NCBI GenBank assembly: GCA_004764695.1
Contig: SMSO01000007.1
Location: 1,495,270-1,559,269 of the forward strand
Length of the DNA stretch: 64,000 bases
Direction of reading: 5' to 3'
From: Schizochytrium sp. TIO01
Taxonomy: Eukaryota; Protista; Bigyra: Labyrinthulomycetes
The notes under the pieces were generated by a model, which did not search any database, was not told the origin of the DNA, and saw only the letters and a program-made list of their open reading frames with translations. Within the stretch, counting starts at the first letter, position 1. The number at the start of each line of letters is the position of its first letter. Positions 44,160 through 54,732 of the stretch are shown piece by piece. Made by a program: the position numbers and the translations under genes.

Positions 44160-45701
44160 ATGAGTAGTTTTCTGTACGAGCATAGCGAGAGTGAGCTCCT
44201 ACAGGCCCTGGGCCTCGTGGACCCTCTGGGCTGCCTGGGTGTGGAAGAAGGTGGCACTTGGGACGAGGATGGATTTGCATTCTTTGACGAGGAGGCTGCC
44301 ACAGACACCGAGGAGGATGAGCCACCAACAGTGCAGTCTCACGGCGAGGAAAACCTCGCTTTGGATGGATCTCGCAGCCGGAGCCACCATGGCAGTGACG
44401 TCTTCTCTTCGGAAGGGGAGGTGCAAAAAAATATGTCGTCTTCCTCGATTCGGAGTCTCTCACAGAGGTCTCCGAGGAGTAACGGAGATTTGCAGAAACT
44501 CGGCTCCAGCGCGGCGAAGCTTCAGCCGCATAAATTTTCTGCGGAAAGCCTCCCAGATCTGGACTCGAGATCAAGAAAAAGTGAGGAGGACAATGAAGAA
44601 CGTGGCCGTGTAGAAGACGGCGGGTTTGACGATTTGGCAGATGGAAATGAAGTCAACGCCGCAGCAAAGTTATCATCCTCGCGAAGGAGCTTAGGCCCTA
44701 ATGGTGGATCCGGACGATTTGAGGCTACAGGTGATGGGGGTCATACCTCTGAGATTGCTTCGCCTCCTTTCGCTACACAGTCGACGCGAGCCAGAAGGGT
44801 TTCGCAAGCGCCTCTGCTAGTTGCAGGAGCTACTACACAGGAGGCTGATGAGCGCGATGGTGTGCCAAACTCATGGAGTGACGGAGATGCCAGCGAGTTC
44901 AAGGTGCGTGCTGGGCCAAATTATAACCGAACAAAGCGAAAGCAGGTATCCAAAGAGTCCCTATATAGGCAAATTGGAATGGATATGTTTCGCAATACCT
45001 ACGATGACGCGGAGCGTATCAAGAATATTGGAGCGCACGTCAAATTACCTGAGTCTCGCTTACCAGAGCTTCCTGCTGGCTGCCCCTTCCCTCGCATCAT
45101 TGTCTGCAATTTGCAAGTCCCGATGCAAGCTCCAAAAATGTTTGGCAAGAGTGACCCAGACGCAGGAATCAGTATTGTGCTATACTATGAAATTAAACGC
45201 TCCACGCTTGATTTGCTCGAAAATGAAGAATCAGCTCAATCTCCATCAATCAAGCTCTTGAACAAGTTCTTTACAGACTTTCGCCACTCTGAAGATATGC
45301 AGCGTCGCTTTAAGGTGATTGGCTTGGTGCATAATACAGTCGAAGTTGGGGTGCCAGCAATGTTTCAAAGCTACAATGGTAAACCTGCAATTATTTTCAA
45401 GACAGGTAAAATCTATTCAGGATCCATCAATGGCAATCCACAAGACCAATATGTAGAATTTGACGTCTGTGTTCATGACTTTGCGTATCTTGCGCGCAAA
45501 GCGCTGCACGCCATGATTGACCGCGCTCCGCAAATGCGGCTGCGTTGTGCCTTTATTGTACAAGGCGAAACGGATGAAGAGCTTCCAGAACAAGTATTCG
45601 CTTGCTCTGCAGTTCACAAGCTCAATCTTCACTCTGCAAGGCCTGTCAATTTGCCGCCACATGATATACATGCTGTTCACAAAAGCCGCACTTTTGCATG
45701 A
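44160..45701 (+). CDS. EDR2 C-terminal domain (DUF1336) protein with acidic disordered N-terminus
   Basis: NSWS...FKVRAGPNY...K..S..SLY, RFKVIG, YNGKPAII, YVEFDVCVHDFAYLARKAL, AFIVQGETDEELPEQV. First ATG at 44160; the frame is open from 44100. Confidence 0.9.
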   Translation: MSSFLYEHSESELLQALGLVDPLGCLGVEEGGTWDEDGFAFFDEEAATDTEEDEPPTVQSHGEENLALDGSRSRSHHGSDVFSSEGEVQKNMSSSSIRSLSQRSPRSNGDLQKLGSSAAKLQPHKFSAESLPDLDSRSRKSEEDNEERGRVEDGGFDDLADGNEVNAAAKLSSSRRSLGPNGGSGRFEATGDGGHTSEIASPPFATQSTRARRVSQAPLLVAGATTQEADERDGVPNSWSDGDASEFKVRAGPNYNRTKRKQVSKESLYRQIGMDMFRNTYDDAERIKNIGAHVKLPESRLPELPAGCPFPRIIVCNLQVPMQAPKMFGKSDPDAGISIVLYYEIKRSTLDLLENEESAQSPSIKLLNKFFTDFRHSEDMQRRFKVIGLVHNTVEVGVPAMFQSYNGKPAIIFKTGKIYSGSINGNPQDQYVEFDVCVHDFAYLARKALHAMIDRAPQMRLRCAFIVQGETDEELPEQVFACSAVHKLNLHSARPVNLPPHDIHAVHKSRTFA

Positions 45702-46670
45702 TCTCCCTGTTAGTATTGATAGTTTCAAAAGACCCCCTGAAGAACTACCAGGCACCTAGTCAGAACCTCGGTTCGGTTCTGGCTTTCTGTCTGCCCTATG
45801 TAAAAGACCAACCAATAATATCCTAACCTTTTGAATTTTCGTATATATCCCCTCCCTCCCCAATCCCCCCAGAGCAAAAAAGAAGAGAATTACGAAGAGC
45901 TACACTTTGCAAGATTTCGTTGCACCGGCGAGTTTATTTTCTGTATTTGTAAATCCTGAATTGCGAATTGTAAATATCAATGATTGCTGCGCAAGCCTGT
46001 CTCCTGGTCAGAGTCTTGAAATACTATCATTAAACTTCCACTAATATAGCTGTTCTGAAGTGAGGATAGTAGATTGATTTGGCTTGTCTCCTGTCGTTAT
46101 TTTCTCGTCGCCTCAAATTCTATATCTGCAAGGTGAGAGTGCAGAAAACAATAAAAGGGTAAGTACTACTTCATCCCAACAGAGGCTAGTACCTACCTTC
46201 TGGTCACCTTTGACCGTGAGATCTCGACCGCTTTCAGGTTCTTCACTTTAAAAAGTTGGAGTACTTACCTTCCTTTGAAGGCACACATGGAGGGTGGGGG
46301 GTACAAGAGACCTCTGATCATTGACGAATAGATACATATATAGTTTAATATAGCAAAAAGCTAATGATCGTAGAGGAATTGGGTGAGAAGTTCTCGTGTG
46401 CCGCCTCAGTTAGGGTTCATGTTGCGTTGCATGTGCCTCCTTGCCTTTGTAGAAAGCAATTTTCATCCGGTGCCCTCTTCTAAAACACTCTGCAGCAGAT
46501 AGTTCACGCCCTGAGCTCACTCGGGCAATAGGGCAAACCCGTAACTTCAATCACCCCCGCTGCCTGGATCAGAGTTGCCGGAAGACCTGACCTGCCTTGA
46601 GAGACTGGTTCATTCACCTGCTGCGTTCAGGTAGAACCGACAGTCAAAGCTTGTACAGAGGTTGAAGGCC

Positions 46671-49600
46671 ATGCTGACTGGCGTTGCTCGAGTCTATGCA
46701 ACGCTTGTTGTGATAATATGTATATTCTGCAGCTGTCATGGAGAGACAGTCTGCGCAGAGACAAGTATAACACCAGTCACGCTTACTGACACAGAAGCAG
46801 TATGCGCAGACGGGTCTCGGGCTATGTATTATATATCTCCTGGCTCTTCGAAAAACTTTATTGTTTGGCTTGGTGATAACGAATTATGTGCAAACCCTAT
46901 TCAATGTGAGGAATTTTGTCAAGGCAGCAATGAAAGTGCTGATTGTATTTCAAGCCCATCAGCAATTAATTCGTCCAATTTTGAGTGCTACTATCAACAG
47001 TTACAGTGTTCATCTTCAATGTATCCATTAACAGACATGCGATTTTCAACCCTTCTATGTGATGAAGAAGACTTGAGTTCTGTGACAAGGGTGTATATTC
47101 CATCGTGCACACTTGACTGGCACCTCGGGCGTGGAGATCAAATTGAACCAACAAATAATTACTTTCACGGTGCTGATGTAGTAGACGCTGTTTTTGCTGA
47201 CCTTGCGTTCTCTTATAACTTAACTTCTACAAGCTCGGTCATTATCGGAGGTACCCGAGGAGGTGGAATCGGAGCCGTGCATCATGCCGAACGATTAAGC
47301 ACAGGTAGCATGGTTGCAGTCGACAATGTTCGCACAATTCTAGACTCTGCCTGGCTCCTCAATCATCCCCAGTTTGCTGTTCGTGGGTACTCTAACGAAA
47401 CAAGAACATTTCAGTATGACACTGACTTGAAGCTGAAGTCGGCACGCTGGATCAATGGCGCTCCTCTTGCTCAAGATTGTAACGAAACAATAGGGCAGGA
47501 GGAGGGCCTCCATCGTTGCCTATACATTTCAAATGTGCTGTCTTTGATGGCATTTCAATATATTCCATCTCTAATCTTACAAAGTCAATTCGAGATGACT
47601 CAGCTTTCAGAACTAGGGGTGACTGATAGTGACTTGTCTAGCTCTTTTGTAGATTCAACAGAGTACGCACAAGCAATTTTTTCGTTCATTACGGGTTACG
47701 GAATGAGGATGAGACAAGGCTTTGAACGCATGTCCAATACTGCGATTAATCCCTTCACCGGGACTGCAACCCATTACGTCTGGAGTCCAGCTTGCGCTCA
47801 ATACGGATGGATTCTCCCTGTAATGTCTCAGTCTACAAGTACGAGAGAAATTCAACTTGGTACAATTGGAACTATTTCGTACCAGCGCATAGGATCTGAA
47901 TGGTCAAGTACAGAGGTGCATGGATTATCTGCGAAAACTATTATACTCGAGTGGATCTTTAATGGAACTGTCCAAAGCTCACCAAATGTAGAGAATGGAG
48001 TCTGTGCAGATCGCTGCGGAGAGTTTCTTTGTGGTGCTTCTTGCCCCAGTTCCATTGACGAGGCACCGTTGGAAAGCCACACATCTTCCTGTGAACAATC
48101 AACGGTACGCGGCTACGCATTGTTTGTGATAGGTTCCGGCTGGCTGGCGTTTCTTTTAATGCGTGGACGTATTCTTTTATTTGACATTACATGTCGTAGA
48201 TTTCGCCGAGAGATGGAACGTGGCGTAAATGAAAAGGGTATATCTGAAAGCAAGGAACATGTAGAGAACATCGTTTTAAAGGAAGCACGAGAAACGAATA
48301 AAGGTCGCTCTATTCATTTGATGTTGAGCAAGGTGTCCTATTGGGCCCCAGCGAAGAAGAGATCTGCGCCACCTGTGCGTATTCTGGACACTGTAAGCGT
48401 TGTTTTCAAACCTGGTACTGTTCATGCGCTTTTAGGACCTTCAGGTAGTGGAAAGTCTACCTTGCTGGACCTCTTGTCATATACCCGTGAGGCAGGTCGA
48501 ATGACTGGCCAGCACATGATCAATGGAGTCCCATCTCATTTGGGACGTGCTGCCTTTTTACGTGAATGGCTTCGAAATTCTACCTCATATGTGCGGCAGA
48601 CTGATGTTCTTTTCCCTAAGCTGACCGTCCGCCAGCATCTACAGCATGCAGCCTGGTTGCAGCTTCCACAATTTGCGACTGATCGAGAGAAATTGGAACG
48701 CGTTGAGCAAATTATCAAGTTGCTGGAATTAGAAAGTTGTGCTGATACAGTTTGTGGTGATGGAGGAATTCTAATTGAAGGAGGCATTTCAGGGGGGCAA
48801 CGAAGGCGGGTTTCTGTGGCTACGCAGCTTTTGTCCATGCCAGCAGCTCTTCTGCTGGATGAGCCAACATCTGGTTTAGATAGCACCAATGCACTGCTGC
48901 TTGTTAAAAGTCTGACCCAACTTGCCCATAATGCTGGTATAAACATTATTTTAACAATTCACCAACCACGCAGAGAGATTTTTAATCTGCTAGATCAGGT
49001 GACTATTTTAATGCGGGGTCAAATTGTTTTCTCAGGTGCACCAAATACTGCTGGCCAATTTTTTGACGTCCCTTTGGACGAAGTTAATATTGGCGATGAA
49101 ATTCTCGATAAGCTTCAAGGTGCATCAGAAAGTATCATTGAAAGATACCGTGTGCGTTATGAACAAGGCCCTTTGGGCAGAAAGGTGCAGCAAACGATCG
49201 AGGCAGAACGGACGAGATTTTCTCCCGAACTTGGTCGTGCACTCCGCAAAACATTGGTAGAGCACGCTCTTGCTTCTGGCCGCTGGTCTTGGAGTGCTCC
49301 TATCAGCGTTCTCACCGCATTCTGGGTGTTGATGTCTCGAACAATCAAACGAGGTGGTTTCGATATTTTTCGAACCGCACTCTTTGCTCTATTTGCTGGA
49401 GTGCTTGTGGGGGTCGTATTCACGAAAAGTGATACGTATACAAGTCAAATCGCTTTAGCATACCTTTCAACAAGTACTCTGACATTTCTAGCTTCAGTCT
49501 TTTTGGGAGATCGTTACAACCTAGAAAAGGGGACTTGGTCATTCGAGCGTGCCAACGGGAATATGGTTCCCTTTCAGGCCTTTTTATTAAGCGTGTTTTC

Positions 49601-51089
49601 TCGTAATATGGTGGCGGCCACTATAGAGTCCTTATGTTATTCGATCCCGCTCTATTACATGTCATTCTACTTTCAAGATGATATAGAAAAGCTCTATAAT
49701 TTCCTACTTCTCATGGTGCTGACAAGTGTTGCAGTAACTTCGCAAAACACCATGGTGGAGATTTTCGTTATTGAACGTGGAGGAGAAGCATCTGATGACA
49801 CACGAAAAGCTGCACTTGTAAACATGTCCTTGATGGCGCTATCGGCAGTCTTGAATGGATTTATTATCAATCTCGAAGATATCCCGATATTTTTGCGTTG
49901 GATATCCTATCTTATGATTACACTGTATGGTTTTGCTGGCACTCTAATTAACTCTTTAGGCGACGAGGTGATTACTGAGGATGGTCTGTCTAAGCTCGAA
50001 CAAGCTCAACGCGCCGGCTCTAATGTCATTCGCGCATATGACCTAGGCAACTTTGATGTGACGACGTGCATCTTTGCGCTTTTGCTGATTGTTATTCTTT
50101 ACCACGTGACTTCGGTTCTTGTATTCTTTTTTCTTTACGTCTTTCAGACCAATCACTTAAAACGTGAAATCCCAGCTGTTACGAGACGTTTGGAAGGTCG
50201 TGGATCGGAGGAAGAGGGAGAGGAAGAAGACTCTGTACCATACCTTGGAAAGACAGGCGAGTCTATTCGAGCACTGGTTAACAAGCAACTGGAGACATCT
50301 GGTATTGCGGCGCCCGACTCGCATGGTCTCGTCTTCACATTTCTTTTAAGCCGACAGATGTTGACGATCTTTCTTGTTGTAGACATCTTTCTAGCCGGCA
50401 CACTATGCGCCTTTACGGATGGGGAAACGTCAGTATTGAGCTCAGGCGCTTCCGGAAGTGAGATACTCGGAGGGTTGAAGGTACTGTCGTGGAGTCAGAT
50501 TAATGTTGGATTCATGCTTCTTAATGCCTTTTTATTTCTTGTCTATCTAGGACAGTTCTTTGTTCAAATCTTCTTTCTAGTTCCAGCTTCAAGTCTTGGC
50601 TTACGAAGTTTGGTCTTTTGGGTATCGCGACAAGATTTTCTAAGTGCGATTCTCTTATTTGCTGACGCTCTCGCAATATTCTTGCTCATTTTCATTGCGC
50701 CAGGTCATATTCTCCTGCAGATAGGCCTCCTTGTTTTGAGCCGAGTGTTCCGATTCGGATTTGTACTATGCTACTACTTAAAGGTTAACTTATTCCATCG
50801 TTCACGAGCACGGAAGCTCAAAGAGACAGCTGTAGAAGGAGATCGGGGAGGTGAATCTTCAGCTACAACACGCCGAAGAGACTCTCCATTTGGTTTTGTT
50901 GGTGTAACTCCCCCGCCAGGCCTTTTGAGACCTGTCTCGACTCGTAGTCCTTTTTCAGCCAGATTTCACGGCACTTCACTAGAGAACAATGCTACCGTTG
51001 GCGTAATAGAGCGCCCCGTTAATCTTGGGCCGATGTGGCGAGCATATCAAAGCAGCGAGGATACTGATATAGGTGATGACGAAGTTTAG
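46671..51089 (+). CDS. ABCG half-transporter with N-terminal signal peptide, pectin-acetylesterase/Notum-like ectodomain and extra C-terminal 4-TM module
   Basis: Walker A GPSGSGKST (48435), YVRQTD, signature ISGGQRRRV, Walker B LLLDEPTSGLD, H-loop TIHQP and an ABC2-type TMD after the NBD. N-terminal hydrophobic signal followed by AVCADGS..YY, VYIPSCTLD, FHG..VVDAVFADL and DSAW. ATG at 46671; the frame is open from 46662. Confidence 0.93.
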   Translation: MLTGVARVYATLVVIICIFCSCHGETVCAETSITPVTLTDTEAVCADGSRAMYYISPGSSKNFIVWLGDNELCANPIQCEEFCQGSNESADCISSPSAINSSNFECYYQQLQCSSSMYPLTDMRFSTLLCDEEDLSSVTRVYIPSCTLDWHLGRGDQIEPTNNYFHGADVVDAVFADLAFSYNLTSTSSVIIGGTRGGGIGAVHHAERLSTGSMVAVDNVRTILDSAWLLNHPQFAVRGYSNETRTFQYDTDLKLKSARWINGAPLAQDCNETIGQEEGLHRCLYISNVLSLMAFQYIPSLILQSQFEMTQLSELGVTDSDLSSSFVDSTEYAQAIFSFITGYGMRMRQGFERMSNTAINPFTGTATHYVWSPACAQYGWILPVMSQSTSTREIQLGTIGTISYQRIGSEWSSTEVHGLSAKTIILEWIFNGTVQSSPNVENGVCADRCGEFLCGASCPSSIDEAPLESHTSSCEQSTVRGYALFVIGSGWLAFLLMRGRILLFDITCRRFRREMERGVNEKGISESKEHVENIVLKEARETNKGRSIHLMLSKVSYWAPAKKRSAPPVRILDTVSVVFKPGTVHALLGPSGSGKSTLLDLLSYTREAGRMTGQHMINGVPSHLGRAAFLREWLRNSTSYVRQTDVLFPKLTVRQHLQHAAWLQLPQFATDREKLERVEQIIKLLELESCADTVCGDGGILIEGGISGGQRRRVSVATQLLSMPAALLLDEPTSGLDSTNALLLVKSLTQLAHNAGINIILTIHQPRREIFNLLDQVTILMRGQIVFSGAPNTAGQFFDVPLDEVNIGDEILDKLQGASESIIERYRVRYEQGPLGRKVQQTIEAERTRFSPELGRALRKTLVEHALASGRWSWSAPISVLTAFWVLMSRTIKRGGFDIFRTALFALFAGVLVGVVFTKSDTYTSQIALAYLSTSTLTFLASVFLGDRYNLEKGTWSFERANGNMVPFQAFLLSVFSRNMVAATIESLCYSIPLYYMSFYFQDDIEKLYNFLLLMVLTSVAVTSQNTMVEIFVIERGGEASDDTRKAALVNMSLMALSAVLNGFIINLEDIPIFLRWISYLMITLYGFAGTLINSLGDEVITEDGLSKLEQAQRAGSNVIRAYDLGNFDVTTCIFALLLIVILYHVTSVLVFFFLYVFQTNHLKREIPAVTRRLEGRGSEEEGEEEDSVPYLGKTGESIRALVNKQLETSGIAAPDSHGLVFTFLLSRQMLTIFLVVDIFLAGTLCAFTDGETSVLSSGASGSEILGGLKVLSWSQINVGFMLLNAFLFLVYLGQFFVQIFFLVPASSLGLRSLVFWVSRQDFLSAILLFADALAIFLLIFIAPGHILLQIGLLVLSRVFRFGFVLCYYLKVNLFHRSRARKLKETAVEGDRGGESSATTRRRDSPFGFVGVTPPPGLLRPVSTRSPFSARFHGTSLENNATVGVIERPVNLGPMWRAYQSSEDTDIGDDEV

Positions 51090-51689
51090 TCATTCTTTGT
51101 ATTTTCTTTTGGTCCTTTATATAAATTTGCAAGGCAAAAATTTGTACTCTGGATTCTAGTTCTTTAAAAAAAAAATAGCTTACTTTCATTTAATCCATAG
51201 TAACCAGAAGGCTGGGCTTGCACCCCCCAATACGCTGATCAACTTTGCCCTGCTCGGAATACTGACATCGCGCTTAATAAAAGCCAAGTGTATTTCAGGT
51301 AAGAAATTGTATTACAGAGACTGTATACAGGACTATTATTGAAGTTACTACTACTAATACTAATTGTAGAGATGACACTAGCGAAGAACCATTCTGGTGC
51401 AATTCAGGGATTGTTGAGCGCTTCTGATAGATTTTGATAACAAGGAAAAGGCGAGGGATAGGTGCGCAAATATACAAACGAATCAAATTTCTGATGTTGG
51501 AAAAAAGTTGTCATCGAATTGACAAGAAATCTGATCATAGAAAGATTTCATCTCGGACAGAACACTGTGAGATGTCCAGAATACCAGTAGGGAAGGTAAT
51601 ATCCTCCCGATCGTCTTTAAAAGGACACTTTGCTTGAACACAAAGAGTTGATGGGGTATGATGAAGTCAGGTCTAGAGCTTTTCACAAC

Positions 51690-53075
51690 TTAGAACTCTT
51701 CATTACCACGGCCTTTGATCTGGCGGAGCTCTTCTTCGGTGCTCTTCTTGTACACTTTGCCACCGTCATAGCCAGCAGCTACCTTGGCAGAGATTTCTAC
51801 CTGAGCGTCTTTAGGCACAAGCTCCTCAGGAATGGGAACACGCTCGACGATCTCGATACCCGTGGAGACAATAGCGTCGTACTTCATGTTACTCATGGAG
51901 ATAAATTTATCAATCTTGGTGATTCCGAGCCAGTGCAACGCATCCGGCATAAGTGCTTGGAAGCGGGAGTCCTCGACTCCAGCAACGTTTGCGGTACATC
52001 TAAAATACTCGCTCGCCTGATCACCACCCTTCTGGCGCTTGCGAGAGTTGTATACAAGGTACTTGGTAACCTCACCAAGTGCGCGTCCTTCCTTGCGAAA
52101 GTAGACGAGAATGCCAGCACCACCTTGCTGAGCAGTCTCAATGGCTACCTCCATTGCGTGCGCAAGGAAGGGGCGGCACGTGCAAATATCTGAGCCAAAG
52201 ACATCACTACCGTTGCACTCATCATGAACGCGAACCGCCAGCTTCTTATTCGGGTCACGAATAGCATCCATCTCACCGAAAATGTAGATGGTGAAGCCGC
52301 CGATGGGCGGCAGAAAGACGCTAAGATCCGTGCGGGTAACCAGTTCGGGATACATGCCATTGGTCTCCTTGAACAGCAAATGACGGAGTTCATTCTCACT
52401 CACGCCAAAGCGCTCAGCTACACCCGGCAAATACCAGACAGGCTCAACAGCGGCCTTAGTAACCTTTGCCTGGCCGTCGGCGGTGAGGACCTTGCCATCT
52501 GGCTTAAGGCGACCGAGGCGCAGAGCTTCCTTGACTTCTGGGAAGTCAACATGTGCCTTGGTGATAGCAATCGTCGGGCGCACATCCATGTTTTCTCCCT
52601 TGATGTAGTCCTTGTAAGCATCTTGTACAACGGCGCCAAACGGGTCGATTGTACAAATCTTCTTGGGATCAAACCATGACGGGTAAGGGCCAATATCTAC
52701 GGCCGGCTCAGTGTTGTCAAAGTTAGGGACGTAGTCCGGGTCCAGAGCTCCGGATGCAATAGCAAGTGCGCGGTAGATCGAGTATGAACCACCATGGGCA
52801 CCGATGGAATTTCTTCGGATCTTCTCCTTGCTCGTGCACACAATTGGCCCACGAGTCGCCGGGTCAGACGCGCCCCAATTGATCGGGATCGGGTCAACAC
52901 CTACGCCAGGGTGAGAGGTAAGTGACACATACGATGCAACCTTGCGCCGCTTGGACCCCGTCGATCCCGTTGTGCCTGTGGACACAATGGACGACGATCT
53001 TCCTCGGATCTTTTCATCTTCCCCCTTCACAACGCCATTACCGTTGGCATGTACTTTCTCGCCTTCAGCGGCCAT
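51690..53075 (-). CDS. urg1: Uracil-regulated protein 1 (URG1/URC1) family GTP cyclohydrolase II-like protein
   Basis: LTSHPG..PIPINWGASDP..RGP, RNSIGAHGGSYSIYRALA, KICTIDPFG, DVRPTIAITKAH, RVHDECNGSDVFGSDICTCRP (Zn-binding cysteines), YFRKEGRALGEVTKYLVYN, MSNMKYDAI, DAQVEISAKVAAGY. Confidence 0.93.
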   Translation of the reverse strand: MAAEGEKVHANGNGVVKGEDEKIRGRSSSIVSTGTTGSTGSKRRKVASYVSLTSHPGVGVDPIPINWGASDPATRGPIVCTSKEKIRRNSIGAHGGSYSIYRALAIASGALDPDYVPNFDNTEPAVDIGPYPSWFDPKKICTIDPFGAVVQDAYKDYIKGENMDVRPTIAITKAHVDFPEVKEALRLGRLKPDGKVLTADGQAKVTKAAVEPVWYLPGVAERFGVSENELRHLLFKETNGMYPELVTRTDLSVFLPPIGGFTIYIFGEMDAIRDPNKKLAVRVHDECNGSDVFGSDICTCRPFLAHAMEVAIETAQQGGAGILVYFRKEGRALGEVTKYLVYNSRKRQKGGDQASEYFRCTANVAGVEDSRFQALMPDALHWLGITKIDKFISMSNMKYDAIVSTGIEIVERVPIPEELVPKDAQVEISAKVAAGYDGGKVYKKSTEEELRQIKGRGNEEF

Positions 53076-54216
53076 TTTCCCGCACTTGCTGTTCTACACA
53101 AATCTACTCGCTCCTCTCCAGCGCAGTCTCTCTTCCAGGCCTCCGAACACGCTCTACCTCGTGCACGCTCTCGCACCAAGTCCGCAACCACCGCAAACCA
53201 GCAACGCAGTCACGATCTCTCAACAGACAGATGGATACAGTTCTGTTGCGAGCAAGATACGAAATGTACTACCTGCTTCTATTACTTCACGAGCAACTCA
53301 GTCAAAGAAGCTTCTCCTGCTTTTCCACTACAGTGACTAAGCCACTCTTATGCTCTCTGTCTCTTCGTATGTTCCCTAAAACTCAAATTAAAAATTCAAA
53401 TTCAAGCACTCCAGCGGCCGAGCTCCGGTGCGGGCTTCTCGGCTCGTGCGGGCGGCGGCGGCTACCTTTGGGGCGCTGCCAGCGTCTTCCTGTCGGTATC
53501 CCGGGTGCTCGTGCGTGTGGTGCGTCCGTCTGGCGCTCTGATTATCTCGCTTCGCGTGAATGAATCGCGAGAACAGTTGAGGTTTTGCTGCTCTGGTTTT
53601 GGTCTTCTTTGCACGAAATGCGCTTTTTCTGTCTTTCCTTTCCTTTCTTCACCTTTTCTTCGCCTTTTCTTTCTTTGCAGCCCCTCACCACCCTCACTGA
53701 GCCCACCTCCCCTCATACACCCAAACCCATTCCCCTCTCAATACCCAACTCTCTGTTCCACAAATTTGCTTTCCCCTCTACCCTCCTCTACCACTTCTTC
53801 ACTGTCCTCCTGACGCTTCCTCTCAAACCATCCTGGGAAGGGTATTTACCCCATTTCAAATCTTCCCCCCCCTCTTCTTCCCTCACACCTCCTCTGGGCA
53901 TCTCCGAAGCTCTCGTTCCTTCTCTTCAATTACGCGCCTCCCAAGGACAGATTGTATAAGTCCCACTGTGGGCAGTCGTCTTTCGGATTTTTCCTATTAC
54001 TATCCAAAGTGGCGTGTAGTATATATATAACCTAAACTCTAGCACTTGCATTTGTGCTTGCTTTATTGTACGTAATAGGTAGCTCGGTAGTAGCTGCCTA
54101 AGCAATTGCTAGCGAGAGTGAAGAGACTGCCCCGGGGGGGGGGGTATCAGGGAAAAGGTTAGGAGGGCGTATAGAGTGGAGCCCGCTTCGGGTGCTGGGT
54201 CTTTCAATGAAAGCGC

Positions 54217-54566
54217 TTTCTTTCTTTCTCTCTTTCTCTCTTTCTCTCTTTCTCTCTTTCTCTCTTTCTCTCTTTCTCTCTTTCTCTCTTTCTCTCTTTC
54301 TCTCTTTCTCTCTTTCTCTCTTTCTCTCTTTCTCTCTTTCTCTCTTTCTCTCTTTCTCTCTTTCTCTCTTTCTCTCTTTCTCTCTTTCTCTCTTTCTCTC
54401 TTTCTCTCTTTCTCTCTTTCTCTCTTTCTCTCTTTCTCTCTTTCTCTCTTTCTCTCTTTCTCTCTTTCTCTCTTTCTCTCTTTCTCTCTTTCTCTCTTTC
54501 TCTCTTTCTCTCTTTCTCTCTTTCTCTCTTTCTCTCTTTCTCTCTTTCTCTCTTTCTCTCTTTCTT
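54217..54566. repeat. Perfect (TTTCTCTC)n polypyrimidine microsatellite, roughly 42 units
   Basis: Strict 8-bp periodicity over ~340 bp; it produces the spurious FLSFSLSL and KERKRERE ORFs. Confidence 0.97.
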
Positions 54567-54669
54567 TGGATCACAAACTTGGAAATCGAAGGGGATAGAA
54601 ACAACAATATTAAAAGTAATATTTGAGGATTTTAGTTTATTAGAAAGTATCATATGATAATGATGATAA

Positions 54670-54732
54670 GCATAAAATGATAAAATGACGATAAAATGAT
54701 AAAATGATAAAATTGTAAAACTGTAAAACTGT
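54670..54732. repeat. ATAAAATG / GTAAAACT octamer tandem repeat
   Basis: cataaaatgataaaatgacgataaaatgataaaatgataaaattgtaaaactgtaaaactg. Confidence 0.75.

Noticed and set aside
52922-53959. ORFs of 84-213 aa upstream of or overlapping urg1
   Set aside because: No recognisable motifs; the composition fits a GC/CT-rich promoter and 5' UTR region
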